64,000 nt of DNA, from the NCBI GenBank assembly GCA_951406725.2, contig OX597816.1:132494001-132558000 (forward strand), read 5' to 3'. The position numbers and the translations under genes are program-made. Origin of the DNA: Octopus vulgaris. Its lineage: Eukaryota. Of the stretch, positions 63,834 through 64,000 are shown piece by piece. How positions within the stretch are numbered: the stretch's first letter is position 1; each line of letters opens with the position of its first letter. Under the pieces are notes generated by a model, which was given only the letters and a program-made list of their open reading frames with translations, had not been told where the DNA came from and ran no database searches.

Positions 63834-64000
63834 TTAAACACCTTAGAAACTGAGGAAAGCTCCACTTAATGAACCTATAGACTCAAAATAGACTTCATCT
63901 TTAGCTGATATATGTGAACCACTCCGTATCTTTTGCTTGAAGTCAGTATGGCTCTTTACCGAGTGTTTATTTGCTTGTATCTGATCATTAAAAGTCAAGC

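Overview
AT-rich, repeat-dense animal genomic DNA. The SINE and microsatellite landscape points to a cephalopod, probably Octopus (inference). Three host protein-coding loci are supported: (1) the last two exons of a cyclic-nucleotide-binding-domain-type gene (+, 2436-4457); (2) a complete syntaxin-5 gene with an intron-free CDS (-, 37821-38738); (3) the first three coding exons of RALGAPB (+, 55722-59717, continuing past the window). STX5 and RALGAPB are oriented head-to-head around a CpG-retaining region at about 38-41 kb. The rest is tRNA-derived SINEs, MITEs (hAT-like and TTAA/piggyBac-like), decayed LINEs (Tx1/L1-like, RTE, L2, Hero-like), a Gypsy relic, two transposase relics and microsatellites. 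The most unusual structure is at 11245-14240. Two different non-LTR retroelements (one ORF2-only 3' fragment, one ORF1-only element) are stacked at repeated copies of one target motif, and their 3' tail is shared with a SINE subfamily. This suggests a sequence-specific LINE / half-LINE / SINE system. All family assignments come from motif recognition by eye; no database searches were run.
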